Source of the DNA: Octopus vulgaris
Taxonomy: Eukaryota
DNA length: 64,000 nt
Direction of reading: 5' to 3'
NCBI GenBank assembly: GCA_951406725.2
Contig: OX597819.1
Location: 16,740,001-16,804,000 of the forward strand
Within the stretch, counting starts at the first letter, position 1. Each line of letters opens with the position of its first letter. The notes beneath the pieces are model-generated. The model did not search any database and was not told where the DNA came from. It saw only the letters and a program-made list of their open reading frames with translations. A program made the translations under genes and the position numbers. Shown piece by piece: positions 13,933 to 25,492 of the stretch.

Positions 13933-16140
13933 CTGTAGAATGGAAACGAAAAATATATACATAAATATCAAATATGTATGCCAATATATACGCATACACA
14001 TATGCTAACAAATTTACTAAAAAATGGGGAAAAAATTATAATCTGCATTTGGAAGAAGTCGAACTTATATCTCATTTTCTTTGTTCTTATTATATCCAGT
14101 GCGCATCAAACTTTTCAGGGTTCGATTCCTAACATTTTTTTTCTCTCCAAGGATAACATATACGTTATGTATATTTTATAATAGGTGGAAATATTCAGTT
14201 AGCTTTATGAAAAAGTTTTGGTTTTTACAGCTTTGCTTCAAATAACCAATTCCTTTCACTAAAATTTTGTAATAATACCGTACGCAGCTCCAAAAATTAA
14301 ATAAATTTGTTAAGATATTATAGAATTAAAAGAAAAAGTCTTAGATAAGGGAATATGATATCCAAACAAAGGTATATCGTCCAGGTAATTCAACCTGTCT
14401 GAAGACTATCGATGGACAGGATATGCAACTTCTTATGTAACGGAAAACTGAGACAAAAAATCTTCCCCAAAGGTACAAAACAAAGTGCTCTTCTACTTTG
14501 TATTTATTACCTTGAACGTGATAATAAACACAACTATTTACCTGCGCGTATATATTATTTAGAGAATCTATTTATTTCATTGCTATATACAAGGGAAGTT
14601 TATAATGTGAACTACATTTCTTTTGTAGTTTAATATTGATGTATATGTTACTAGGATATTAAGGCAATTTCATGACTAGGTAATTACTTCAAGCAACACA
14701 CCTGTTCATGTTATATATATATATATATATATACGCGCGCGCACAAATATACATAAATTTTGCTGAGAAAATATTTTAATTCCATCCCTATGTCGGTGTG
14801 AAATATTCATTCGTATGAAACATACATATATAAATATATAATCACATAATAACAATGGGACACAACTAGTTTCTATCTCAATTGTTCTTCTGCTTTATTC
14901 GACATTGTTTCGAACGAAGCCCAAGAAGTTGCCGTATAATTTAAATGCTACTCAGATTTCCTCGAGAAATGCGAGACAAATCACCTATATCCGGATACAT
15001 TTCGGTCACCAATAACTTTATTTTCTATGACCTGGGCCAATAATGGTTGAAACCTACATATGTGTGACAGAGAAAACACTAAAAAGCTACGGAGTGGAAT
15101 CACCGCCTTGGAAATATAAACTCTACCACGTGTTTCTCGTTTGTACAGCGAAGCGCACATACACATTATCTACCTATCTATGTTTCCCCTGCTCAGACTT
15201 CAGTATAGAAATTATTTATTATAAATAAACCGATGTCGATTCACCAACATTGTAAATTGGGATGAGGCACAAATTAATCAGAATCCTAATGTTTGTGGAA
15301 GAGACACTGATAGTAATACTATTACTGACACACAAGGTCACACATTTTAGATTGAAGGAACAGCGATTTTATCCACAGCCCCGCTCAACGCTCCTTCAGA
15401 GGAATAAAAGCCACATATTTTATATGGAAAGAACAGTCGATTTTACCGACACCCAGCTACACCTTCGGATGAATGAAAACCGACGTTAGACCTTGGAATA
15501 ATTTGAACGCAGGACGTAAATAAAACCAAAGTATTTTGTCTCATTTTCTAAAATAAAGATTTATAAAATTGACGCGAATCCGCCCACTAAAGAAGAAGTT
15601 AGAACTAATTCTATGGGCAACCTGAACTTGACAGCCAGTTTTCCAGAACTAACCGTCAAATATCCTTCAAATTTCACATGTCAATAAGACAGGATTGCTA
15701 AATCAACGTCAACAATATGAAGTACTTACTTCAACAATCACTTTGAAATAAATAAAAGGATCTCGCTCAGAATTTTCGACGACGGGTTTTCCGTCGTTCT
15801 ATCAATTCAATCACAGGCTGATCCAACGGGCTTAATACCCGTTGAATCACTCTGTAAGTGACTGAATATATCACAGATACGTGTACGATGAAATCGGAGA
15901 GACAAGGCTGGACATTTGAACTATAGAAAAATATACATCCAGTGGGTTTTTACACACATGCATTGACCTGAGGTTGCCGAAAAAGATCCTCTACTCCAGA
16001 TGCTATGTTATAAAACCGAGCCTTAAAACTTGCGAATGAGAAGCGAACTTAAACTACCTTTACAACGATTGTGTGTGTGCGTGTGCACATATAGAAATTG
16101 TACTGTTGAGTGATGAAAGAAGTAAAGATTATTCATTGTA

Positions 16141-17424
16141 CAGGGTGGGTCAGAGAGGACGGACATTTTTGAAATGGTTATTACTCAGCCCCAGGTATCA
16201 TTCGGTCCGTAGTGTCTTAGAACTTTTCTTTTCAGGTGAAGCCATGACACTGTAGACGATAGGGCATTGCCTGTTTGCCTACAACAGTTACGTGAAGAAT
16301 AACGAGCCTGTCACAGCAGTTCAGCGTGAGTTTCGGTGCCACTTCAACATTTACTGAACTTAAGCTGTTCCCATCCGTAACACAATCTTACGTTGGGTGA
16401 ATGCACTTCATACACGAGGTACACTAATGAATAGGAGCGCCACGAACGGTACGGACCAGGGAAAATGTGGAACGCGTCAGACAAGCTTTGATACAAAATC
16501 CAAATCGCTCTGCTCGCAGGCATTCCACTGAACTTGGCATCGGTAATCGATCGGCAAGGCATATTTTGCCTGAAAACCTACATTCCCACTCGTACCAATT
16601 GGTCGTTGGGCAACAGTTGAAACCATGGGACTATGTACAGCGGTTTAACTTTGAACGTCAGATGGAAGCAAATTTTGTTAATGAGTGATGAATCTTATTT
16701 TCATCTCAATGGCATGGTGAATCAATAGAACTGCTGTCGTTATTGGGCTCTTGAAAATCCGAGAGAACTGCACGAAAGACCACTGCACAGCTCAAAAGTG
16801 GCTGTCTGGTGTGCTGTTGGATAAGCTGCCATCATTGGTCCTTACTTTTTTTTTGAGACAGTAATAGAAATGCTGTTACTGTGAACTCTGAGCGTTACAT
16901 AAAGATGATAAACAATTTTTTTGTGCCTGAATTACGACGACAACGCATGCCTATTTGACGTGTGTGGTTTCAGCAGGATGGGGCGACGGCCCACACAGTC
17001 AGAGCATCAATGGATGTTCTTCACCCTCTCTTCGGTGACCGCCTCATTTCCAGGTTTGCTGATATTCCTTGGACCTCTCGGTCCCCTGATTTGTCCACTT
17101 GTGATTATTTCTTGTGGGGAAACGTCAAGGCACGTGTATATGAGTATAAGCCCTGTACATTGGATGATTTGAAGGAAGCGGTTCGCACGGAGGTCGCCCA
17201 AATTGACAGAGCAATGCTGGAGAGAGTGGAGGCCAACTTCCAAGAACACCTTCAGAAATGCATCAATAAAAACGGACACCACATGATGGATGTTGTTTTC
17301 TACACTTGATTTTGACAAATGCTAATTCAATTCGAATACATTGATGTCAATAAAATTTGCTTACAGCTAAAATGAATGATTTTGTGAATTTTTCAAAAAC
17401 GTCCGTCGTCTCTGCACCATCCTG
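16141..17424 (+). mobile_element. Tc1/mariner-superfamily DNA transposon, DD41D (rosa-like) type, transposase disrupted
   Basis: TA target duplication and imperfect TIRs cagggtgggtcagagaggacggacatttttgaaa / tttcaaaaacgtccgtcgtctctgcaccatcctg. Motifs SDESYFHL, WFQQDGATAH and SPDLSTCDYFLWG, with 41 residues between the second and third D. Stops and frameshifts are present. Confidence 0.9.
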
Positions 17425-17471
17425 TACATACCGTTCTGTTTTGTATTACGACTGAAATGTTTCAATTATGT

Positions 17472-17682
17472 AAGGCAGTGAGCTGCCAGAATCATTAGCA
17501 CGCCGGGTAAAACACTTAGCGGAATTTCGTCTGTCCTTACGTTCTGAGTACAAATTCCGCCGCAGTCGACCTTGTCTTTCATCCTTTCGAGGTCGATAAA
17601 TTAAGTACCAGTTTAGCACTGGAGTTTATGTAATCAACTTGCTCCCTCCCCCGAAGTTAGGGGCCTTACATAAAAATTTGAA
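17472..17682 (+). mobile_element. SINE, second family (core gtcgac(c/t)ttg(c/t)ctttcatcctttc...gataaattaagtaccag)
   Basis: Recurrent core. Other copies lie at about 1-225 (-), 5460-5600 (+), 25150-25492 (-, two), 51363-51576 (-), 59300-59510 (-) and 60320-60523 (-). Confidence 0.75.
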
Positions 17683-17779
17683 GCATGCATTTCAATTATT
17701 TGTTAAACTATGTAGTCATTAGTCAAAATAGCTTCACTTCAAACAGAACCTCTGAGTCACTACAGTCGTCTCTCTCCCC

Positions 17780-17834
<55 letters not shown>

Positions 17835-17843
17835 TATATATAT

Positions 17844-18134
17844 CAGTGGCAACTCGGGCTGTTCGGGCTTAGCCCGAGTATAAATTTAGTAAAGTGAACG
17901 TGTATTTGCAAACAGATTTAATTTCTGCCAACAGTAACTTCAAGTATGTATCTGCAACTAATAACTCGGGCTCCTTTTATAAAGCCTGGTCGCAGTTCAT
18001 ATATTTTCGTTTAGCGTCTGGTGGTCTTCTTAGAGGTGCCTGTATAAAAAAATATCATTCATAGCAGGTGTTCTCTCGATATCGTTCATACGCGCCCGAC
18101 TCGGGTTCAAAAGTTACAGCCCGAGTTGTTATCT
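17844..18134. mobile_element. MITE (hAT-like termini)
   Basis: Terminal inverted match cagtggcaactcgggctgt / acagcccgagttgttatct. Non-coding, about 290 bp. Confidence 0.5.
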
Positions 18135-18643
18135 ATAATCGTAGAAATTGAAAATAATTCAAATTCAAAGTTTTCTTGAAACAATAAATTTCTATAGAGA
18201 TTAAGATTTAACTTTCAATTTATGAAAAGTTTCCGTTCTACAATAATCTTAAAGGAACGATAAATTGTCCAGCAACCCGGGCTAATACGAACGAATCTGG
18301 TAGGTGTAAAAGACTAACTGACATCTCTTATCAAGAGTACAGTCAGATCACTGGTGTCAGTTATGCAATCCGCTGTCGTTATTTGATTGCTGTTATTCTG
18401 TGCGTGTGTGTGCAAAGATCAGCTGTGTTTTGTAGGGTTGTTTCATTTTTACCCTTAAATTAGAAATAGAGAAAGACATAGTGTGCTAGGTATAAAAAAA
18501 AAAAGCCATTTGGGGCTAGAAACTAAGCGGAAAAAACGTGGAATTCTTCGAGCAGGCATGTGTTTTATGCAAAATCTGTGATGAGCCCGAGTGACGAAAA
18601 CTAATGAGTCCGAGTGATGCTGAAGACCTGGAGTCACCGCTTG

Positions 18644-19051
18644 TATTCTTTTATTCTTTTACTCGTTTCAGTCAGACCATGGCCATGCTGGAGCATCGCT
18701 CTAAAGTGTTTTAGTCAAAGAAATCGACCCCAGGACTTATTCTTTGTAAGCCTAGTACTTATTCTTTCGGTCTCTTTTAACGAACCGTTAAGTTATGGGA
18801 ACGTAAACACACCGTCGCTGTCAAGCGATGATGATGGTGGTGGAAGACAAATGCTCTCTCTCTCTCACACACACACACACACATAAACGACAGGTTTCTT
18901 TCAGTTACCGTCTACCAAATCTACTCACAAGGCTTTGGTCGACTCGTGGTTGTAGTAGAAGACACTTGCCCAAGGTGCCTCGCAGTAGGAATGAATCCTG
19001 GTCTATGTGGTTGGGGAAGCAAGCTTCTTACCACACAATCACGCCTGCGTC
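18644..19051 (-). mobile_element. SINE, dominant family
   Basis: Full-length reverse copy. Confidence 0.8.
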
Positions 19052-21477
19052 TATGCATAAATATTGGATGTGTACATATCTATACGCGCATTATAACAAG
19101 CTTCTATTGACCATATTTTTGCACCAGCCCACCAAACTTTTTTTCTTTTAGAAGATTAGCTGTGGCCTATGCATGCAAGTTACCCTTTACCCTTCTCCAC
19201 ACTATAGATATCATTCCAAGGGAAAGGAGATGCCAATGTGGCTGGAGCCAGTGTCGTTGCATACGTTGTTCTCAGAACACATGGTCGGTACAAATACCGT
19301 AATGCATCGCTCCGATGCTTTTCCCATTTCCATCAAGCCACAACACTAGATCCCTTGAGTTTTCATTTTTATCCACCCCCACAAAGATAATGGTAAAATT
19401 AGCCCCAGCAGCGTATGAACTTAGAACACAGAGTTGGGACAAATATTGTCAAGAATTCTAACAACTCTGGCAATTCGCTGTCCCTCTCTCTCTCACACCA
19501 CAACTTTATCTTTTTCTTGTTTCAGTCATTGGACTGCGGCCATGCTGGAGCATCGTCTTGGAGCGTTCAGTCGAACAACTCGACAGCATTTATTTTTTAA
19601 AGCCTGGTGCGTATTCAGCCATCCCTTTTGCAGAACCGCTATGTATAATACATACATACATACATACATACATACATACATACATACATACATACATACA
19701 TACATGTGTGTGTGTGTATGTATGCGTATGTGTATGTGTACATACACACACATGCACAATCACATATCTAAATAGATTCTCGTACGGTTTCGACGATGTT
19801 ATTCTGGATGTTCGATCAATTGAACTAAATGTTCACTGAATTAGCGTGTAAGTGGGTGAGTATTCCACAGATGCGTGTGTCTGATGTAATTGTCAGGTGG
19901 ATATAGCGTGACACAGTGTGATAAGACTGGTCCTTTAAATTACAGCAGTCCATCCGACATACTTCCATACAATTTCTATTAACCCAGTTTAACTCAGAAA
20001 GTGGGGTCCAACCGAGGCGATGGTAAAAGATCCTTACTCAAAATGCTCGAACCCAGGATTTAGTGATTATAATGGAAAATTCTAAATTATTTGGCCATGC
20101 TACGTCAACACACACACATACGTATTTTGTAGGCATATACATACATGCTCATATACTTATATAAAATATATTCTATAAATAGTCAATAGTTCCTTCACTG
20201 ATTTCGATGACGAATGTTCCAATTGTTTGATGAATTACGTACGCGTGAACTCTTAACGTAATTCCCAGGATGAGTCAGATGTGTGATAAGGTTGAAATTT
20301 TACTAATAGCTACTGTCCAACGGGCTTTCTCATAGTTTCCGTTCACCTGGTTTCACTCACGAGGCTATGATAAGAGCTACTTACACAAGATGTCACGTAG
20401 CGGTATCGAACCTAGGACTTCAATATCGCAAGCAAAACTAAAAGACTAAATCTTGCTTGCACTTATATACACACACATAAATAGAGTTCTATTGATTTCA
20501 ATAAGTAATATTCACTCTTTTCGATTAACTAAAGTTCTTGCACATTGAACTACTGCGTTAGTGGTTGGACGCGTGTCCTATAAACGTAACTACGAGGTGG
20601 AGCCAGCGTGGCACACTGTGCCCATGGCTGGCCCTTCAAAGTACGAGTCACAGTGTATTCAACGGATTTCCAAATTGATTGCATATATTGCATATACCCT
20701 GTTTCATTTACTAGGCTTTGGTTGATCTGAAGCTTATAGTAAAAGACCCAAGATCAATATGCTACAGAGAAGTATTAAAGCCGAAATCTTGTGATTACGA
20801 AGCGAGCTTCCTAACCTTTTGGCTGTACTGCATCTACATAAACACACACATGCGCAGGCGCGCACACACACTTACACGAAGACACGGAATGTGCTAATGT
20901 TACGGCATAAGAGACTAGGAAGGAAACACCTCGCCTATATTGTAATTTCCAGCCGAACCACATGGAGAAAAGAGGTTAAGTCTTTCAAGCAAAAGCAGAG
21001 CAATTAATATAAGTAACATAGAAATTAAGATAAACACCAGTATAATATTTTGTTCCTACGTACGTTTCACCATTGCGTACATAGGAACTAAATATTTATA
21101 CTGGTGTTTATCTTAATTTTCACTGCGTATGCTCTGAATATCATAATTAGTATCACTGCTAAGTACAGTGAGCGACTAACCACTATATTAAAAGCCTACT
21201 GGATAATGACAATATACGTAGAACTCTAACTCATATAGTAGTAATTGTAATCTCACTGTACAAACAAAGGTTAAGTATCATATGTGAAGTTGTAAAAATT
21301 AAAGGTTTATTATTTTTCTCTGCCAGATGTGACCTTAAAGGGTCTATACGTATTTACAATACGCCTTTAGCAGTTTGAAGTTCTACCTCTGCTACAGAGA
21401 AATGCATGAAAATACAAAACCGTCAAGAGGCACACATATCTAAGTATGTCAAAAAGATTATAAGAATGTATATTTAC

Positions 21478-21562
21478 CGTCTTGGAATCCAAGTCGTGTG
21501 GTCCGTTTGCCAGTACTTTTTCTACACTTGCAGGATCACGAAAGGTAACAAAACCGAATCCT
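21478..21562 (-). CDS. msi: Musashi internal exon (RRM1 RNP1; (R)[28 protein letters not shown])
   Basis: 85-nt exon found by manual translation (absent from the ORF track). Polypyrimidine acceptor tttccttcttctctccag| and donor |gtaaat. Contains the RNP1 octamer RGFGFVTF, and its phase fits both neighbouring exons. Confidence 0.95.
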
Positions 21563-21710
21563 CTGGAGAGAAGAAGGAAATAGGGGGAAAATTCAAATTA
21601 GAAATCATTATTTAAACCAAGTTATTGCTTTAATTTAAGGCGCGAGCATTCAAGTAATAAATATATATATATATATGGAGAGAGAGAGAGAGAGAGAGAC
21701 AGAGAGAGAC

Positions 21711-21738
<28 letters not shown>

Positions 21739-21743
<5 letters not shown>

Positions 21744-22780
21744 TAGTAGGCCCCTACATCTCACCATATAAAAAGAATTTTTATTTTTATTTTTGAAGTT
21801 TCGTGAACCATGTTTTACTATTTAGACAATATGTTAATTAATAATAGTTTAAAGTAGCAGGAAAGAGGGTGTGAGTTCTACGCTGGACTTTGCAATGTCA
21901 AGCCATAATTAAGACGTTGTAGGATAAAGGAGCCTTCGGTGAATTGTATATTTCCTTTACGTTACCATCAAGTTATTTTTATTTTATTTTATTTTACTTT
22001 GTAAATTTTTATAAGTTACAATTCGTATTACTTGTAAATTTTTATAAGTTACCATTCATATTACTTGGGAATTTTGCTGTTCGCAATTGAAACTATAGCT
22101 TTTATTCGAAATTATCCTTTCGTCATTGCCTCCATGTTTATGAATTTTTATTCGTGTATATTTTCCTTGCCATCCCTTTTATTTTTATTCGTATATATTT
22201 TTTCTTGCCATTCCTTTTATTTTTATTCACATTTTTAAAATATTTTTTTATATATTACTAACAGCTTTTGTAAATTTAATTTTATTTGGAGCACTATATA
22301 TTACTAACATAGTTTTTATAAATTTTCGTATATATTTTTTTAGCTTTTTTATTCCTTACTTTATTTGTGTAACTTTTATTTTTGTAACTTTTTATTTGAA
22401 TTTTTATCTGAATTATGGCTCGTACTGTAGGGTCCAGCGAAACTAATTTAAACATACTGCTTAAGGGCTTTAAAAAATTAAAATATAGTTTATTGTATTG
22501 AACGTTGATAAAGTGATATAAGGGCCTGATGATTGGGGTGACATTTTAAGTAGGGTTCCAGGAAAACACGGAGTGGTTTAGGATCCCGAGGATGTACCTC
22601 ATGAAACACGTGTTGCCAAATAATAAAACAGTAGGTATTTAAAATAAAAATAAAAATTATTTTTATATGGTGAGATGTAGGGGCCTACTTATCTCTAAAT
22701 TAAAATATATTTCTTCATTGAGAATAATTTGAACCTCTGTTTTGCCTGAATTTTTATTCCCTAAAAAATAATATTTAAAT
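21739..22780 (+). mobile_element. Non-autonomous Penelope-like element with inverted terminal segment and hammerhead motif
   Basis: A ~55-bp inverted repeat (21739-21794 vs 22639-22696), an AT-rich body, and a CTGATGA...GAAAC-acgt-GTT core at 22526-22614. Confidence 0.6.
22523..22617 (+). ncRNA. Type I hammerhead ribozyme (probably decayed; GUU triplet)
   Basis: ggc-CTGATGA-[long stem II tggggtgacat...atgtacctca]-GAAAC-acgt-GTT-gcc. Stem I is only 3 bp. Confidence 0.55.
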
Positions 22781-22870
22781 ATATATATTAATATAAACAG
22801 CTATGCGCAATGTAATACCATAATGTGTGTGGGTGTATATATATATATATATATATATTTGTGTGTGTGT

Positions 22871-23103
22871 CTTTTATCTTTTACTTGTTTCAGTTATTGG
22901 ACTGCAGCCATGCTGAGACATCGCCTTGAAGAATTTTAAGTCGAATGAATCGATGCCAGTACTTTTTTTTAATGACTGGTACTTATTCTATCGGTCACTT
23001 GTGCCGAACCACAAAGTTACCGGGGCGCAAACAGACCAACAACAGTTGTCAAGCGGTTACAGGGGATAAACATATAGAGACTGACACGCATAGATACAGG
23101 TAC

Positions 23104-23134
<31 letters not shown>

Positions 23135-23329
23135 TATATATATATATGTATATATATACACATACATGACGGGCGTCTTTCAGTTTCCATCTACCAAATC
23201 CGCTCACAAAACTTTTGTTGCTTCGACGCACTAGTAGAAGACACCCGCCTAAGGTACTACGCAGTGGAACTGAACCCAGAGCCATGTGTTTGGGAAGCAA
23301 ACTTCTTACCACACAGCAACGCTTTCGCC
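22871..23329 (-). mobile_element. SINE, dominant family
   Basis: Full-length reverse copy with an internal (TA)n. Confidence 0.8.
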
Positions 23330-23563
23330 TAAATGCATGTATATATATATGTGTGTGTGTGTATGTATGTATGTATGTATATGTATGTACATCTCTCTCT
23401 ATATATGTATATATATATATGTATATATGTATATGTATATATGTATATGTGTATATATATGTATATGTATATATATATGTATATATGTATGCATGTATGT
23501 ATATGTATGCATGTATGTATATGTATGTATGTATGTATATGTATGCATGTATGTATATGTATG

Positions 23564-23605
<42 letters not shown>

Positions 23606-23609
<4 letters not shown>

Positions 23610-24081
23610 CGTATTTTTGCCATTTCAATATGGCTACCCCTAAGGGTGGATGCTACTGTAGTTTTTAGCCCAGGAGGACACACTCCTCCAGCTGGCCATA
23701 GACACACTATCTGTGTCCTATCAGTATTTGCAAAGGGAAGTCATCCTTCCCGTCTTCAACTTATGATACACACGGACTCGAGTTTCGAGGTATTGACCTC
23801 TCGTCAGCGTGTGACAATCATAGTTGTCGCCGAGAATTAGATTTCCTTCACAAATACTTATACTTTTTCCAGCGTCCACTGTCGCTGATATTGAAAAAGT
23901 GAAATCAAACAATGATAAATATCAAAGTGAGTTATATACAGTAGCGGTAACACATCGTGACGTATTTTTGCCATTTCAATATGGCTAACCCCTAAGGGTG
24001 GATGCTACTGTAGTTTTTAGCCCCAGGAGGACACACTCCTCCAGCTGGCCATAGACACACTATCTGTGTCCTGTCAGTATT

Positions 24082-24085
<4 letters not shown>
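23606..24085 (-). mobile_element. Retrozyme-like non-coding element (351-nt unit, ~1.37 tandem units) inserted in (TA)n
   Basis: Direct repeat 23606-23731 vs 23957-24085 (period 351). It has no credible ORF, contains an internal hammerhead, and is flanked on both sides by (TA)n. Confidence 0.75.
23769..23813 (-). ncRNA. Minimal type I hammerhead ribozyme
   Basis: Minus strand reads cacacg-CUGACGA-gaggu caau accuc-GAAAC-ucga-GUC-cgugug. All core nucleotides are intact, stem I is 6 bp and stem II is 5 bp. Predicted cleavage is after the C at 23775. Confidence 0.9.
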
Positions 24086-24134
<49 letters not shown>

Positions 24135-24137
<3 letters not shown>

Positions 24138-24688
24138 GTCACTTTCGAGTACTACTGGTAACATGTAACCCAGTACAACCTGTTGCATGGCCGGGTCGTT
24201 GGCGACTAAACCGGTAACCCCACCAAGCTTGCTTGGTGAGGAGGGTGTTTATTGGACACCCTGCGGGATGAAAAACAAAACCCGTCACGTCAAAAGGCGG
24301 AGGAACTCTTGAGAGTCAACGGCCATCCAATAAATGTCTTAAGGCTGTATCATGCGCGGGGACATAGAAATAATTGGACTGAATACCCGATTGCGCGGTT
24401 AAACCATTGGGAGTGAAAGACTCCTAGCCTTTGTTAGGGCATCCTTCTAGGAGAAGGTAACTAAGGTAACTGGGATAACTCCGACGTAAAACCTGCGGCT
24501 CAGTGTTTACCGATGATGTTGACTTGTTCTTCTTTTCGGATTATGGCTGCTGTTGCTTAGTGAGTGGGATTGACTCAGTGCACAGCCTTTACTCACTTTA
24601 ATAAAAAATCTTTTTGCACAGGCATTGCACGATAACAACATTGATTAAGCTTCGTGCAATGGCCATACTCGACAACGAGGGGCAGCCA

Positions 24689-24690
<2 letters not shown>
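24135..24690 (+). mobile_element. Non-autonomous RTE-derived retroelement (5'UTR-like part plus short 3' end) inserted in (TA)n
   Basis: Contains gggcatccttctaggagaaggtaac...aaacc, which resembles the RTE 5'UTR motif. It has no ORF, is GC-richer than its flanks, is bounded by (TA)n on both sides, and has an HDV-like motif at the 5' end. Confidence 0.6.
24137..24214 (+). ncRNA. HDV-like ribozyme (degenerate)
   Basis: Elements occur in HDV order: P1 ggtcac, P2 ccagt, P3 aca, L3 containing cc, P3' tgc, P1' atggcc, GG, P4 tcg-ttgg-cga, C-TAA, P2' accgg. P1, P2 and P3 each carry one mismatch. Confidence 0.5.
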
Positions 24691-24736
<46 letters not shown>

Positions 24737-25149
24737 GTAATTTTTTTCGCGAAAATAATTGCCACTTCAAGCGGCAAAGGTATGTATATTGTGCATGTAT
24801 GTTTACAGAGCATTTAGAAATAAGCTCTCTCTCTCTCTCTCTCTCCCTTCCCTCTCCCCCTACGTCCATCCCACTTCCTCTCTCTCTGTCATGTAGTGAT
24901 CCCCATACTTACAGTAATTACTCCTGCAGGGGTAAAAAGTGTTTTTGACTGTAGTAATGGCATTGGCATCGCAACTGTAGCCCATGCTCACACAGTCTCT
25001 ACTTCTTTGATACGAGGTAAATCAACGCTTTATGAAAAAGAGCTGGTCCCCAGTTAAAAAAAGAGTCCTTCACCAGTTCTTTGGTTTACCTCATTTCTGT
25101 GCTTCATTCTATCCTATCTAAAAAAAAATGCAAGGAATTGACAAGGAAT

Positions 25150-25492
25150 CCCTGAAAGGACGAAAGACAAAGTCGACCTCGGTGGAATTTGAACTCAGAT
25201 TGTAAAGACGGATAAAATGCCGATAAATATTTTGTTCGGCGAGCCAACTCGCTGCCTTAAAAATAATAATCCTTTCTGCAATATGCACAAGGCCTGAAAT
25301 TGTGGGGGTGGGGGAGGGACTAATCGATTACATCGACTCCAGTGTTTCACTGGTACTTAATTTATCGACTCTGAAAGGATAAAAGACAAGGTCGATCTCG
25401 GCGGAATTTGAACTCAGAACGTAGCGACGGACGAATTGCCGCTAAGCATTTTACTCGTCGTGCCAGCTCGATTCTGCCAGCTCGCCGACTTA
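25150..25492 (-). mobile_element. Two tandem copies of the second SINE family
   Basis: gaaagga...aaagacaa(a/g)gtcga(c/t)ctcgg(t/c)ggaatttgaactcaga occurs twice. Confidence 0.75.

Noticed and set aside
18576-18622. tgatgagcccgagtgacgaaa / ctaatgagtccgagtgatg duplicated motif
   Set aside because: Core nucleotides are wrong in both copies and there is no stem I or III. It is probably a small local duplication.
24913-24990. Possible extra minus-strand exon ending at a gtaagt donor (24912)
   Set aside because: The translation is unrelated to Musashi, and the 82- and 85-nt exons already join seamlessly.
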